From contig CM052825.1 of the NCBI GenBank assembly GCA_028534125.1, forward strand, positions 25,544,001 to 25,608,000: DNA of 64,000 nt. The letters are read 5' to 3'. Below the pieces are notes generated by a model. The model was given only the letters and a program-made list of their open reading frames with translations. It made no database searches and was not told the DNA's origin. Made by a program: the position numbers and the translations under genes. Shown here one piece after another: positions 21,295 through 34,977 of the stretch. Within the stretch, counting starts at the first letter, position 1. The number at the start of each line of letters is the position of its first letter. The stretch comes from Lama glama. Its lineage: Eukaryota.

Positions 21295-24200
21295 CAGCTG
21301 GAGACAGCAAGGGTGGGAGGGCAGGAGGCCCCCAAAGTCGTGCCCCAAGTCCACGTTTGAGCCGATGTGGGGTGGGCAGGGGAACTTTCTTAAAGTGAGA
21401 GAACTCGGCACTCAGGAAACACCTTCCGTCACAGACAGCCATGGGAAATCTGGTGCTGCAACCCCGCAACCCCTACCCAGCCTGGCACCGAGGGGGCTGA
21501 GGCAGAGTGACAGGGATGGGGTGCTCACCCTCACAGACTCCTGGTGGGAATTTCAGCTGCAGCACGTCCTGGCTTTGTGACCTGGGGCCTTGGTGCCCCA
21601 GTGCCCCCTTCCCTGCACCCTGCTGGGGAGGAGGTGTTTCATGGATTTATGAGATGACGAAAGCACCAGGGCCCCACCCGGCATAAGGCTGTGCCCCATA
21701 CAGTGGAGATCGGTCCCCAGGACCCTGAGTGCCAGGTCTGTGTTCAGCTGCATGTGGGCACTGGGCTGGGGGGTCCATGCAGCCCCGCCTGCAAAGGGCT
21801 TTGATCCCAAGGGCACCTGACACAGCAGAGGCTGTGCCAAAACCAGGGTCAGGGAGGGACAAGGCTGGGGGAGATTTGGGGCCTCTGTGTTTATACAGGT
21901 GGATGGGCTCAGGGAAGAGGGCAGGAAGAAGGCCATGCTGTGTGTATCCCTCCTTCACGGGGCCCTGGCAGCCCGCCCCGCCCAGACCCCCTCCCTCTTC
22001 CCCCCTGTAGGGGCAGGGCCAACAGTTGCCGCCCTGCAGCCCCTGGCCCACAGCATGCTGTGCAGTGTGGCACTGGGCCACCGATGTAATTACACATTCC
22101 CGCCGAGAGCGCCGTAATTACACTTAATGGGTTCAGCAGTAACAAGTGTCTTTGCTATGATTTGGCAGCAAAAAACAGAAATCAGCGACCTGCTAAGATA
22201 GCGAGGAGGGCCTGACTCCCTTGGGCCTGAGATGGGTGGGCCAGGCACATGCGCTCCCCAGGAGCTGGTGGGGTGACTCAGCACAGAGTCAGGGCCTCTT
22301 GGGTGCACTAAAGGGTCCCCATGGGTGGGGTTTGGGAAGGAAAAAGCTGCAGCTGAAAGCTGCACCAAACACCCACAGTGCACCTACTGTGTGCCGACCT
22401 GTGAGACAGGTGCAGTCCAGGCCCCTCTGCACAGACTGGGGGCTCGGGTAACTTGACTGAGGGGATCAGCGGTCCTGGGCTGTGTCACAGGACACTGAGG
22501 CCACACAGAGAAGCCAGAAGCCAGTCCTCAGGCATCAAAGCTCTCCTGGCCCCCTGATGGCCGGCTGCAGCCCCTGGGAACTGCTCACAGTCCCTTTGTC
22601 TCCACTGCTGTAAACAGCACCCCCAGAGGAGGGGCTGCGTGGGCATCACTGTGTGTCTCCCGAGGATGGGTTTAAACGCAAAGGCTGTGGATGACCTGCC
22701 TGAAGCTAACAAGTACCCCTAGTCCCGCTGGCAAGGGTGTCACCACAAGCAGGGAGCAGGCAGCTCTGGGCCTTGGAAGGTGATGGTCAGATGCTCCCCA
22801 GATCTGGCTGGACCCTGAGTCTTGCAGATGTACGGCCCCTGACCCCTGCAGGGAGGCAGGACAAAGCAGCCTGGGCCCTTGGTTTGCCCATCCAGGCAAT
22901 GGGAGTGTGGGAACTGTCTACCAGAGTCCTGGGACCCTCCTTCCTTGTCCCACTTCTCTGAGCTCTTCCTGACCCCAAGTGCTTCCACCAGGCCAGCCCC
23001 TATCTCCTACACAGCAAACACGCTGCTCCCACAGTAGCAGGGTTTCCACCCCTCCTACCCCCTCAGCCTTTCCCGTCCTCCACCAGCATCATGCCCCCCC
23101 CATCTAGGACTGACATCCCCAGCCTGTTGACGGATTTCTCCCAGGTCTGTACCCATGTTCACTCTGAGATTACCCCAGACCCTGGAGCTGGTGTGGGGCA
23201 GAGCTAAGGACCCTGGCTTTCAACCATGCAGTGGGCATGTCCCAAGCCCTGGGCAGGTCTGCGTCAGGACCCGTGAGAGGCTACTTGATAAGGGGCTAGG
23301 GAGGCAAACTCCCCAGCAAGAGCCACAGACCAGGTCCCCAACTTGCAAAGACAGCTCAGCTTGAGGTAGGACATCTTCCCAAACCACTGATTAGCAAATA
23401 CTAGCCACCAACCTCAGCTTCCTCCTGACCCCACCAGTTCCATGGCTCTACCTGCCTCCCCTGACCTCGAGGCACACCCTAGGGGTTCAGAACAACCGGC
23501 CACAGCCACAACCTATGGTGGGAGCACAGGCTCACCCAAGAGGTGGGGACACTGCCCATGCAGCTAGGGTGACTAACCCAGTTAGCACAGCCCAGAAAGT
23601 TCTCCACCCATCCTCTTGCGTGTCCTCCCTTTTGGGTTATTATCCTCATGACACACCCTGCCCCCTCCCCCCACCACCCCAAACACCCTAGGAGGAACCA
23701 GGTCCTGAAGTCCAGCACGCCTCAACTGTGCAAAGGTGCACACACAAGAAAAGCACTCGGAGCCAAGCTGGCCTGGAGAGAGGCTGCCAACGCATGGGTT
23801 CCCACTGGCCCTGCCCCGAGAGGACCTGCAGGGAGGGAAAGGGCTCCATCATCCCCACATGTCACAGCCATCCCCTGGTCATGTCTTGGTAGGCATGTGA
23901 GGACAGGCAGTGCCAGCCGGACTTTCATCACAGAGCCCAGTGACTTCCGGAGGCTTAATTATACAGATGGATTTTCTGGGTTTTAATTAAAAATCCTTTA
24001 GGTTTTGAACCAAAGTCTACAAATTAGAGTCAATTTCCACCGTGGATCTAAAGAAGCAAGGCTGCTGTGTGGCCAAGAAGAGGCAGCCACACTGATGTGG
24101 TGGGGTGCCGCGGTGCTGCCTGAGGCCTAGCCACAGAGGGGCAGAGGGCCTGGGTCCACAGCTTCCTGAGATGGTCTCTCCCATGGGACCCTGTAGCCAG

Positions 24201-24729
24201 GAAGGCTCTGCCCAGATCTGGAGGCCGAAAGAAGGGCAGAGAGCCCCCTGATCCACATTCCTTGACCACTCTGGGGGCCCCAGGGACCTCCCCCAGCCTA
24301 ACAGGTCCCTGGTGTCCAGCCTGGGCAAGGTGGGGCCTGGAGTGATTCTCCACAGGGTGGCCTGTCTCACACCCAGGCCAGGGGCTTGTAATGAGAAATG
24401 GGGCCCCAGAGAAGCTTGGAGAGGGTCCCAGAGCTGGAGATCCCCATCAGCAGTAGGGGTAGAGGTCCCCTCAAGTGCCATATTCCTCTGTGGGTCCCAC
24501 ATTCCAACTCAAAGCCCCCCCAGCATTCAGCCGACCTGGCCAGATGTCAGCCTCCACGGGGGGCTCTGCAGGTGCTGGACCACCTTCCCTCCCCCAGCCT
24601 GTACAGAGCAGAGACCAGTCCTGTCATGAAAGCTCTTGGTGCTGGCTCCACAGCCTCTCAGACCAAGACTCCAACGCACCCCAAAAGAGCCCAATGCCAG
24701 GCCCTGAGGGCCAGAGGCCACGGGATGTG

Positions 24730-24750
24730 GTCGCTGTCCGTGGTGCTGAA
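24730..24750 (-). promoter_or_regulatory. RE1/NRSE (REST/NRSF binding site)
   Basis: TTCAGCACCACGGACAGCGAC, 20/21 match to consensus TTCAGCACCACGGACAGCGCC. Confidence 0.93.
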
Positions 24751-27744
24751 ACAGCCCCATCCTGGTGTGCTCAGGGCTGGGGAGGGGCACTCACTGGGCA
24801 GCCTGGGGGTCCTACTCACCCAGGACCTAGGCTTTGTTGGAAACCATTCCAGGGTTTCTAATCCCACATCCTTCCTCATTCCCAGACTCTCAGCTGGTTA
24901 AGAAAAGCATGCCAAGGGCTGCTTGGAAGATGATGCTGGCCTGAGAACACGCTGTCCCTGGGCGTAGGCACAGGGAGGCCCCTTGTCCCGTGGGAACAGC
25001 CTCTCACCAAAGACAGTGGCTTCTAGGGTCCTGGAACGGGGTGGAGGTACTTGGGAACTAAATCCTCAGTATCACACAGCTGCCTGCACCCTGCCCCAAC
25101 CTGCTGGCTCAGAGGCCCTGGGGCCCACAGATGAGCCATCTCTCATCCCATGAGTCAAGAGACAAGAACTTGACCCTCAGTTCTACTGCCATCCACCCCT
25201 CACCCTTTCTGAGCCTGTTTCTCTGCCAGTACGACGGGGGTGACAACAGCTACTTTTAAGGTGCTGAAATTCAACCAGACTCCCTTCCATAAAGTGTCCA
25301 GCAGGCTCCAAATCCCCCATCTCACCCCTCATCCTGACAAATGTCATCTCACCCACTGGCCCTGGACACACGGAGGGAGGGGATGTCATGTTGTCTCCAT
25401 GCTGAGGATGCTGGGGATGCTGGGGGGAATCTGTGGGACAAGGTCAGGATGGGAGAGATGCTTTCACCAGGGGACAGACACGGAGCTGGGCTTCCCTCAC
25501 CATGAGACATGGCTCCCAGTTCCAGAGCCAAAAAACAACAGAGAACACAGTGGCTCAAGGGCTGCAGGGAGAGGTGTGGCTGCAGTCAGGACCCTGTGGT
25601 CGCAGTGGCCCTGTGCAGGGTTGTGTGGGGATAAACCCCTGATCCCACAGGCAGTGCTCCCCAAGCGGCCTTCAGGAGATCTCAGGAACAGATACGCAAA
25701 GCTCTCAGGAGAATGAGAAGGCCCCAGCTGGTCGGTCCCCCTCAGCCCTTGCTACCACTGACGGCCCAGCGCAATCTGCTCAGCCAGCTTCGCTCCCTTA
25801 GGCCGAATCCGAAACAACAGGTGTAGCGCCCCTGCGCTGGGACCACCACAGCAGCCTCCTCCATCTCCCTGCTGTCCGTTCTGTACCCACAGCAGACCTC
25901 CAAACCCTGTCCTCCTCCCCACTGTCAGGGCCTCCTAGCCTGAAACACACAGACAAAAGAGGTGGCCCTAGGTGATTTCAATCCCTTGTAGACAGGCAAG
26001 GACAAGCTGGACCCCCACGGGAGGCCCTTAGGGGCTGCCTTGCAGGGGTACAGAGCCGGGGATGGCTGGGTCTCCAACCCCAACTCGACATGCAGCATCG
26101 GGCCCTCCTGTGTGGTGTGGACGAGCCACCCTGACAGGCAGGAAGGAGTGAGTATGAGCTTGAAGAGGGGATGCTGGGTTGGTCCAGGGGCTACACACGC
26201 ACTGTGCTGAACTTGCCCCCAGACACACAGCCTAAGGGCTGCTGAGACCCTGGCCCTCCCCTCTCCCGGGGTGGGGGGGGGCGAGTGGGAGAATCCCTCC
26301 CTGCCCTAGGGTCGCCCCTTCCCTACTGCTCTGTGCTGGGGGTGGGGGTGGGAGCAGCCTGTGCACCTCCAGCCTGCACGCCCACGCTGCCTCGCCCCCA
26401 GGCTTCATCTCCAGGAGCACTCAACCTTGCTCCTCCAATTTGCTGGAGGAGAAAAGCGCATGTTTATTCATGGGGGAGGGAGCCCGGCTCATCCTTTGGA
26501 AGAACAACCCGAACCACTGAACAGGGGGCACAGGCTGTGTCCCATGCACTGAGGACACAGCTGAGGCAGAACCACAGCCCCAGGGCCCCGATACCACGCA
26601 GACTGAGCTGGCCGCAGCAGGGCTCAGTGGGTGGCACAGGAGACTCTCGGAACTAGCTCCCTCTCAGGGCAGCCTACCCTCCAGAACCCACCCCTCTGTC
26701 CACACAGCCACTAGGTCCAGGACCCATTGAGGCCACGGGCCCAGCGACCCTTAAGTCTACAGCCCAGGTGCAGGGAGGCCCTACATGCCAGGCAGCAGCA
26801 TCTGCGAACATGAGACCAACACGTCGAATGTCTCAATCAGTGGGTTCTGTGAGGCCGCGGAGCTGTGCAGCTGCTGTGAAGGTCTGTATTAGCACAACCA
26901 TGTCCTGGGTCGTGGAGTGGAAATAGCCCAAGGTGGAGAATGGGGGACCCCAGTTACAAAGCAAGCCACAAGCACAGCAGTGTACTTCTCTACATGTGCA
27001 TCAATGCACGGCCAAGGTCTAGAAGAACTCGCCCCCCGGGAGAACGTGGCCCACTGCAGGGTGGTGGGGAGATAAGGCCCAGGTAGGGGGCAGAAGGGAT
27101 GTGGGAAGAGTCTTCTGCACAGTGTAGCCGTGCATTGTTGGTACCATTATGAAAGTGAGGTGTCAGGAAGCCCAGGCCCTGTGGTCCATGTGGGCTGTGG
27201 GCACAAGTGAGACCTGGGGAAGGGTCTCCACCTCTTGGGCTCCCCACCCACCTGGAGGGGACAAACTTAGCCCCTTGCTCACCAGGGAAGTTGGAGTCCA
27301 CGGGCCTCTTGCTCTGCCCCACATTGGTGACTCCCATCTCCTACAGTTGTCACGGTAACAGACTCACAAGTCTCCTCCCTCGCCAGCATCTGAACAAGGA
27401 GCTGCGTTTTTACTGGAAACATGCCACAAATGAGAAGGGTTCCCCTGACCAGCCTCATGCTGGCAGGGACCCCAAAGAAAGGCCAGTGGTACACACCCCA
27501 AACCCAGGGCTGTGGACCCACAACAGCACCCACTTTTGTTCCTACACACCCGTTCATGGGCCCCACCCGGGCTCCCCTGAGCAACCTGAAAGGAGCAGGC
27601 AGGACAGTGATGGCAGAGCTGGCCGGCAGGGCCTCTGTGGACCTCCAGCTCCACATGGAACTCCGAAGGCTCCTGGCAGGACCCACACACACTGTCTGAG
27701 TGCAGCTCCCACTCGGGATACCAGGGAGGGTGGGAGATGAAGAG

Positions 27745-28275
27745 TCACCACAGTTTGGAAGCTCCTCAGATGTTGGAAGCTCCTCAGATGATTAAACCTT
27801 AAGTCCCATATGGCCCAGGCACACACCCAGAACCAGTCCTCAATGCACACGCACATGTGCATTCCCAACAGCATGGTTTGCTACAGCCAAAAGGTGGGAA
27901 CAACCCCAAGCGGCAAATGGACAAACAGAATGTAGTCCATCTATGTGCCGGAGTACTACTCGGTCACAAAAAGGAGTGATGTACTGACACCTAGTACAAC
28001 ACAGATGGATGGACCTTAAAAACGTGGTGAGAGGCCACAAAGAGAGGGCCACATTTTGTATGATCCCATTTATATGAAACACCCAGAACTGGCAAGTCTA
28101 GATGTAGGGAATCAGTGGGTACTGGGCGCTGGGACAGGGGCATTGAGGGTCCCTTTTGGTTGATGGAAATACTCTGGAATTAGAAATGGTGGTCGGCCAC
28201 ATGGTGAATGTACTAAATGCCGCTGAACTGTTCCTTTTAAAATGGCTAATGTCACGGTTATGAATTTCACAATGG
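27745..28275 (+). mobile_element. Old L1M (L1MB/MC-like) 3' fragment
   Basis: cagccaaaaggtgggaacaacc...aatggacaaacagaatgt...ttgtatgatcccatttatatgaa...gaatgtactaaatgcc...tttaaaatgg. Confidence 0.75.
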
Positions 28276-31200
28276 TCACATTCTGCAGAGTTGGGCTTTT
28301 CTTCTCAATAACGCTATCTGGCTGGAACCCTAAGCCTGCTGGGAGAATAACTCAAAGCACCGTTAGGACAGACTCAGAGACCCAGCACCTGGGCGGAGTG
28401 GTGGACCTCCTGAGGGGCACAAGGGCCCCCAGCATTCCAGAATCTTCTGGTGGCATTCTGCCGAGCCTTGGGTGATGCTGTTTGAAGTGTGCCTCCAGAA
28501 GGTGGGCCCCAGGCTCGTGGGAATCCCCCAGGCTGCCTCACAGGCAGGGTCCCTACCAGGGCCCTGAGCCCAGAGAGCAGACTATTGCCTGAGGGTCCAG
28601 CCCAAGTCCCTGGAGGTTTGGGGCATCACTTACAGGAGAGGGATGGAGACCCACAGAGTTGGAGACCTGCTGAGGCCTGGGAGTGTGGGCCTGGAGCCCT
28701 GAACCCTGCCAGGACTTGAGGGTGCACTGGGGAGTCAGGCCTGGCACCAGGGGTGTCTGTGCTGACAGCCTGGGTGGATACCAAGTGGTGTTGCCTCAGC
28801 AGCACGTGGGCAGCTCCTGCGCTGCCTCTGAAGGCAGCAGAGGGCCACCCATGTCCAAGGGTGCCACTCTCTACATGCGGCCAGAGGGTCCAGGAAGGGG
28901 GAAACCCCTGCGACCTGAACACTTCAGCTCCAGCCTGGTTTGCAGCACCAGCAGACCCCAGGGCAGATGTACCTTCCCTGGAGACTGGAGGTGGTTCTTC
29001 CACAAGCACTTTAGGCTAATTAACTTAACTAGTGAGGTAATTCATTAAGTCTCCTCCTGCGGTGATGGGGCCCAGCCAGGGGTGGGAGGTTCGCCTGCAG
29101 ATCTGGGGGCCTCAGGCCGTGGAACAGAACAGGCAGCTGGGTCACCTGACACACAGGTGGACACATGTGCAGGTGCTTATGCATGCTGGTCCCCCCCAGG
29201 GGGACAGTGACAGTGCTGGGGCTCAGGCACCCTGATCTCTACTCTAGAGGGCTCTTCTAAGCCAGCCCCTCACATGGATTGCAGACTGGGGAAATAGGCG
29301 GAGGTGAAGCCAGTACGGCCAAGACCAGAAGGTTGAAACAGGGGATATGGGGGGGGTGAGGGAGCCCCACCGCAGCTGTGCTGGGTCCACCAGGAGCCCC
29401 CCAAGCAGACACAGACATCCCTGTGGCTACATCCCTCAGTTGCAACCTGGCATCTGAGCCAGGCCAGCTGCTTCCTTTCCCTGGGGGGTGCCCAGGCCAC
29501 TGCCTGTAGGGACATGGGAGCAGGGCCCCTGCCCCTGAGGGTATGCTGATCTCCCTAATGTGGAGGGATCCTGACCTCAGGACAGGGGGAAGCAGGCACC
29601 CACCCCTCAAGGACTCAGGACAAAGCCAGTCACCTGGGATCCCAGCACACTGTGCCATCCAGGACCTGCCATCACGCTAGGGAACCCCTGCCTCCTGGGC
29701 AAGGTGACAGAAACCTCATCCAACAGGGTATGGGAGCGGATGCTGCTCTCGGAGCTCTCGGAGCAGCGCCTGAGCACGGCCATCCTGAAGCCGGGAGAGA
29801 GTGAGGTGGGCCGCTAGAGAGGCCTCTGAGGGTGGGATCACAATTGAAGGAAGTTTCTCTCTTTCAGCTGAGGCCATTGACATGACAACAAGCTGCTGAC
29901 AGGTGAGGAGGACTTGGGCAAGTTTAGGGCTGAGGAGGGGGCTTTCCCAGCCTGGGGATCCCCGGAGGCTCAGCCCCCAGCCTCCCCAACCCACCCCATG
30001 GGAAGCCACCACAGGGTTTCAACTTGGGGGGGTGGATCCAGACGGCCCTGTTAGTATTCGAGAAGGAAGTTGGGAGGGAAACACAAGAGATTAGTGAGAA
30101 GTAGGCTGTGTGGCTGGTGGCAGCTGCAGGCAGGTTATTTTGAAGTTAGAAACGAAAAGTCCTGTTGGCCCCTTCCCTGCCCTTCCCCCACAGTGGCTCT
30201 GCACACGGAAGGGTCCTGGACTACCAAGGGATCCAAGTTGCCCATTTATCTGCACTTGTGGGGACAGACGGCCGGTAGTCCCTGCAGGCCACTCATGCCC
30301 CTTGGAACCACGTCTGCTCACCTGTCCCACAACTCCCTGGACACAGCTCACCCAGCATCACAGTAGTGGGATCTGTCCTGGCCACTGTGGGGCACGGCAG
30401 CACCCCCACTCCCCTCCTGCTCTGTCACAGGGGCCTGGCGGCCTGCCATGTTCACGTGGGGCAGGGCTCGGGGTCAGGAGCAGACCACGAGGCCTGCAGC
30501 AGGCAGGGGCCCCGCCTGCAGCCGCTCCCGGCGCTCGTGCCTGGGCTGCGCCTCGCGGGCCTCTCCCTGACTGGCCCTCTGCTCTGCACCCCAACTGCCC
30601 TAGAGCTTTCACTCTGGCTGGACCCCTGCCTCAGGAAGCCGGTCCCCACCCCCCACCCGTCCCCCCATCATGGCCTAGACCCGCGTGACTCACTCGTTCT
30701 GCTCAGTGGGGTGGGGAGCAAGGAGAGCCGGCCAAACATGGAGCTGTTTGTTCTCAACCTTGGCTCGAGGTCACATGGGGGAGCTCAAGGGGCTGGACTG
30801 TTCCTGGCAGAGCATCTCCCCTAGGAAGCCGAGGGGCTGGGAGCCCACTTCCCACCAAGGCCTGCCACCCACCCCAGTGATGGGAGCTCATCACCCCTCA
30901 AGTGGCCAGCTGCGGCTGCCAGAACATTCTTTCTCCAGGACCCAAATGTGTGTTCTGAGGACATCTCCCTGTGCCAGTGGCACAGAAGACTTTGGAACTG
31001 CGCCTAGAGGCTCCTCTGGAAGCCAGCTCTGACCCTGGCCTACACGGGACCCCTTCCCCAGACCCCTGGACACTGAGGACTTGGGCCTGCAAGACAGAGA
31101 ACCACTGTCAGACCCCTGTGCGGCCATGATGCGTGTCTCCTGCCCCAGCAGAGCCCAGTGCCGGGAGACTGGGTGTAATTGCCACGTTGTTCTGAGGAGC

Positions 31201-31479
31201 TCAGGGCATGGGTACCCACCTCCCTCCCTATTAAATTTCTGAGCTCACTTGGGCAGAGCAGTTCTCACCTTGGCGGTCTGCGCCCATCTGCCATGGGAGG
31301 GAGAGGGATGGGGTGGTGGGCAGCCCCTCAACTCCAGCCTGGTAGAGCCGGGGGGTGGGCACAGCACACAGCAGCAGCAGGCCTTGGCAAGAGCGAGCCT
31401 GTGCCCCTGGCACCACAACACCTGTGACTGGGCGTATGTTCACTGCCTACTCCCATGTGTGCATCTGGGCAGGACCGTC

Positions 31480-31645
31480 TATGCACATACACGTCTAGCA
31501 CACATGTACAACAATCATGCACGCACACCATGACATACGTATATATGTGCTCACACACATACACTAAACACACAATCCTGTGCACACACACCATCATGTG
31601 TATATACGCTCACACACACCATCACAACCACACAAACGTGCACAT
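31480..31645. repeat. Degenerate (CA)n tract
   Basis: atgcacatacacg...cacacatacac...cacacacacc. Confidence 0.8.
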
Positions 31646-34600
31646 CTTCAAGGTGGTGGCATTGAGACAAGGGGCCAGCGGTCTAGTTTCTCCAGGAGGA
31701 ATTTCTCCACCCCCAGGACTAAATGAAATGCTCGCTCAGAAACCACAGAACCTGAGCACATGCCTAGCTCCCTAAAATTTAAAATATGCCCAATTTTACT
31801 AGCTAATTAGGAAGAGCGCTAATGTCTGCTCAGCTCTTAATAAAGAGCTTGATTTTGGATTATTTTCAAGGGATGAATGAGTGGAAAAGTGTCCCGTCTC
31901 CACCTCCGAACACCACCTGCAGGAAGCTGGCCTGTGCAGGCTACAGAGGCTTGTGGAAATCCCCGCCAGCCACTTGGTGGCAGCACGTGCAAGTGCCCTG
32001 TGGGCCCACAGACCTCCCCCCAGCAATGCTCCTGCCTGAAAGTGGAGCCACCCCCAACCTGTTTCTCCCCTTTATTACCAGCTTTCCTGAAGGAGCGCCA
32101 TGTCACGGCTCTGGCACAGTTCCTGCTGGGAGCAGCTGAGGGCTGGGGAAATGCCCCCTCAGACTGGCTCTGTCCTGGGACCAAAGGTGGGAGGGGCTGA
32201 TCTCGCCAGGTGAAGCCTCTTTCCAGCCACACTTCTGCCTGTCTTGGTCCTCCCCTCCCCCGTGGGGGCTCTGCACAGCCCCAGACCCTGGAAGGCAAAG
32301 GCGTGGGCAGGGGGCACAGAGCCAGGAGGGGCCCCTGGGGAAGATGACTGCCTGGCTGTGGGGACAGGCTTGTGGGGCCTGCTCTGGGTAGGAATTCTCC
32401 GAGCCAGAAATAACTGCCTCAGCACCACTGCACAGCTGCCTGCGGCCTGAATTAGCGACCCCAGGGGACTGCTGGCTCCTTCCATGGGAACCCGGCCTGG
32501 AGCGCCCCGCCCCCACCCCAGCCAGCAAGCTGTCCCCAGAGAGGGGACCCGGGGCCTGCAGAAAGCTGGCGGAAGGAGGCTCCTTCCCACAGGAGAATCA
32601 GGGTGAGAGGACCCCTCATGGCCCCCCAGCAGGGCCTCCACCGCCTGGGCACGGCCGTAGGACGTGATCTCCTCGTCTCAGCCACCCCTGCCCTGCTCTC
32701 AAGTGCTGGACCCCCTGCGGCCAAGTCTCTCATGTCTTTGCACACTGAGATGGTGACGCGGTGGTCTCACCCTTTGTGTTAAGACCTGGCTCATACCCCG
32801 GACACGTGGTGGGAACACACTCCACATGCGGACGTAGATCTCTGCACACGCGGGGACCTGGTCACCCTGACAGCAGGCACATCGTCTGGTAACTCCGGAG
32901 CAGATGCGTCCCCGTGCCCTCAAACACTGGCGGCTCCCTGCAAATGCGGCTTCCCCACGAGTGTTGCCTGGCAACCAGACATTTATTAAGAAGGAAGGCT
33001 GGGCCTCGCAACAGCACTGCCTACCCACCAGAGGCCTGCCTGCTCTCCCATAGCACATGGCGCACCCCCAGGCTCCCCGCCCCAAGGGCTGGGTCAGCCA
33101 GGGCCTTCTTTTTGGGTGGAGGGAAAGATGCACAGCCCCTCGGGGCTGAGGTCAGGGACCCCAGAATCCAGTCCCCACCCACAGATGGGACCAGGCACCC
33201 TCCCACAGGCCCCCAGGCACCTTCCCAAACTTTGTAGTGGTCAAGATTCCCTAAGCACTGGATAAAAATAGAGCCCCTTCCCCAGGGTGGGGATGGCGGC
33301 TGGGGGCCTCGGCGTGTTTTTCCACCCCAGGCAGGTTTGGAGAGCAGCATGCCGAGGCTGAGTGCCAGCCTTGGGGGTCAAGCGCCCTCTACAGCCCGGT
33401 GTCCACTCCCCAGGCTCCAAGTCGCAGCAGCAATCCTGCTGAATGGGTCTGTCCTCCTGCAGGCTGGGAGCCACTTATCAGGGGACCCAAAGGCAGCACC
33501 CAGAACCTTTCAGACAAGTTCCAGGCATGGGGAGTTAAGGTGGTCTCCTACCCTCCAGAGCAGAGCTGCTCCAGCAGAGCAGCCCGGTGGGCTATCGAGG
33601 GCCAAACACCAGACAGATGCTGGACACAGAGGCTGCCAAGTCAAAAGCTCTGTCAGGACAGTGACTTCCCACACCTGAGCTGGGCAGGGGCTCAGGCCGG
33701 CCCGAGGAGCAGAGTGAGCTGGCCAGGCATCTGGCAATCCTGGGATCACAAGACAGAGAGGCTGCCTTCTGTGTCAAACCACCCCGAGGAGAACCTGTGG
33801 GTGGGTGAGGCTCATGGTGGTAGGGGACCAGGGCGACCAGCCTCTGACATATGCCTGGGGGTGGGGGCAGCAGCAGCAGGAGCCAGGAGCATCTTGCTCC
33901 CAGAACCTCCCCTGCAGGTCTGTGGGGAGCCCTCCTGGAGCCCCACCCTGAGTCCTGACTGAGACAGAACCCTCTCCCCAGGGGGCAGAATCCAGACCCA
34001 CCCTCTGGCATCCCCTTCTCATGCCCTAGATCCAAGGGCAACTACCAATTCCTGGATGTCCATCCTGGTCCAGTCTCCCCAGGTTGCCTCTGGAACCACT
34101 AGCTTCAACCACCTAAGCTTTGTTCTTCCTTCCCCACAGAGGGTACGGATAGCCCAGGACCTGCCCACACAGCTGCCAAGGAGCCTCTGGAAGGCTCAGC
34201 CCAATATGGGCGGCGGGGACTGGAGGCCACAGATTCTGACGTCCCGTCTTACAAACCACAAACAGAGGCCCCAGAGAAAAAAGCTCTTGGTGGTGTAGTA
34301 AGTTCAAGGCCCACTGAGGTCTCTTGTCTCCTCAGGGCATGGGGATGTGACTCTTATCCCCAAGCAGACCCCCTACCCACACCACTGAACTGGGCACAAG
34401 GTCCCAGGTCCCAGCCCCTCTGCGAAGGTCAAGTCAGCCTCGCTTGCTCCACACAGGGCACAGCACCCCCAAGGCTCTCTGGCCAGGGAGGCTGGGATGT
34501 CGGCTGGGTGTCTGGCCTTGGCCCTGCCCTCCCCTCCACCAGCAGTGTTATTAATAGCAGTGACATTTAAAAAGGACGGCCCAGACCCTCAGAACGTTGA

Positions 34601-34977
34601 TTTCAAAGTGAAACTGGCTGGACCTGGGCTCAGCATCCCAGCATTGCTGTCCCCTTGCACCTTCCAAGGCCACTGCCCGTCCAGGGGCACCAGGTCCCCT
34701 GTTGTCCACCCATCCAGCACCTGACCCTGACACTTACACACTACTGCCACCACTGGTGTCCTTGAAGATCCTGCCCTAAGTCCAGGGCCAGTGGTCCTGC
34801 TTGGTGGGTGGGGGTAGGGGGATGGACAGAACAGAGCCCTGACTGCGGCTCAAGGTCAGACAATTTTACCCCAAGTGTGAGGCACCTTCCCTGCCCAGCC
34901 ACCCGCAATGGGCCATTCCTTCTCACTCTAGATCCCTTCAGCTCCCGGCCCCTAGCCCTCCCTGGTATGGAAGGATA

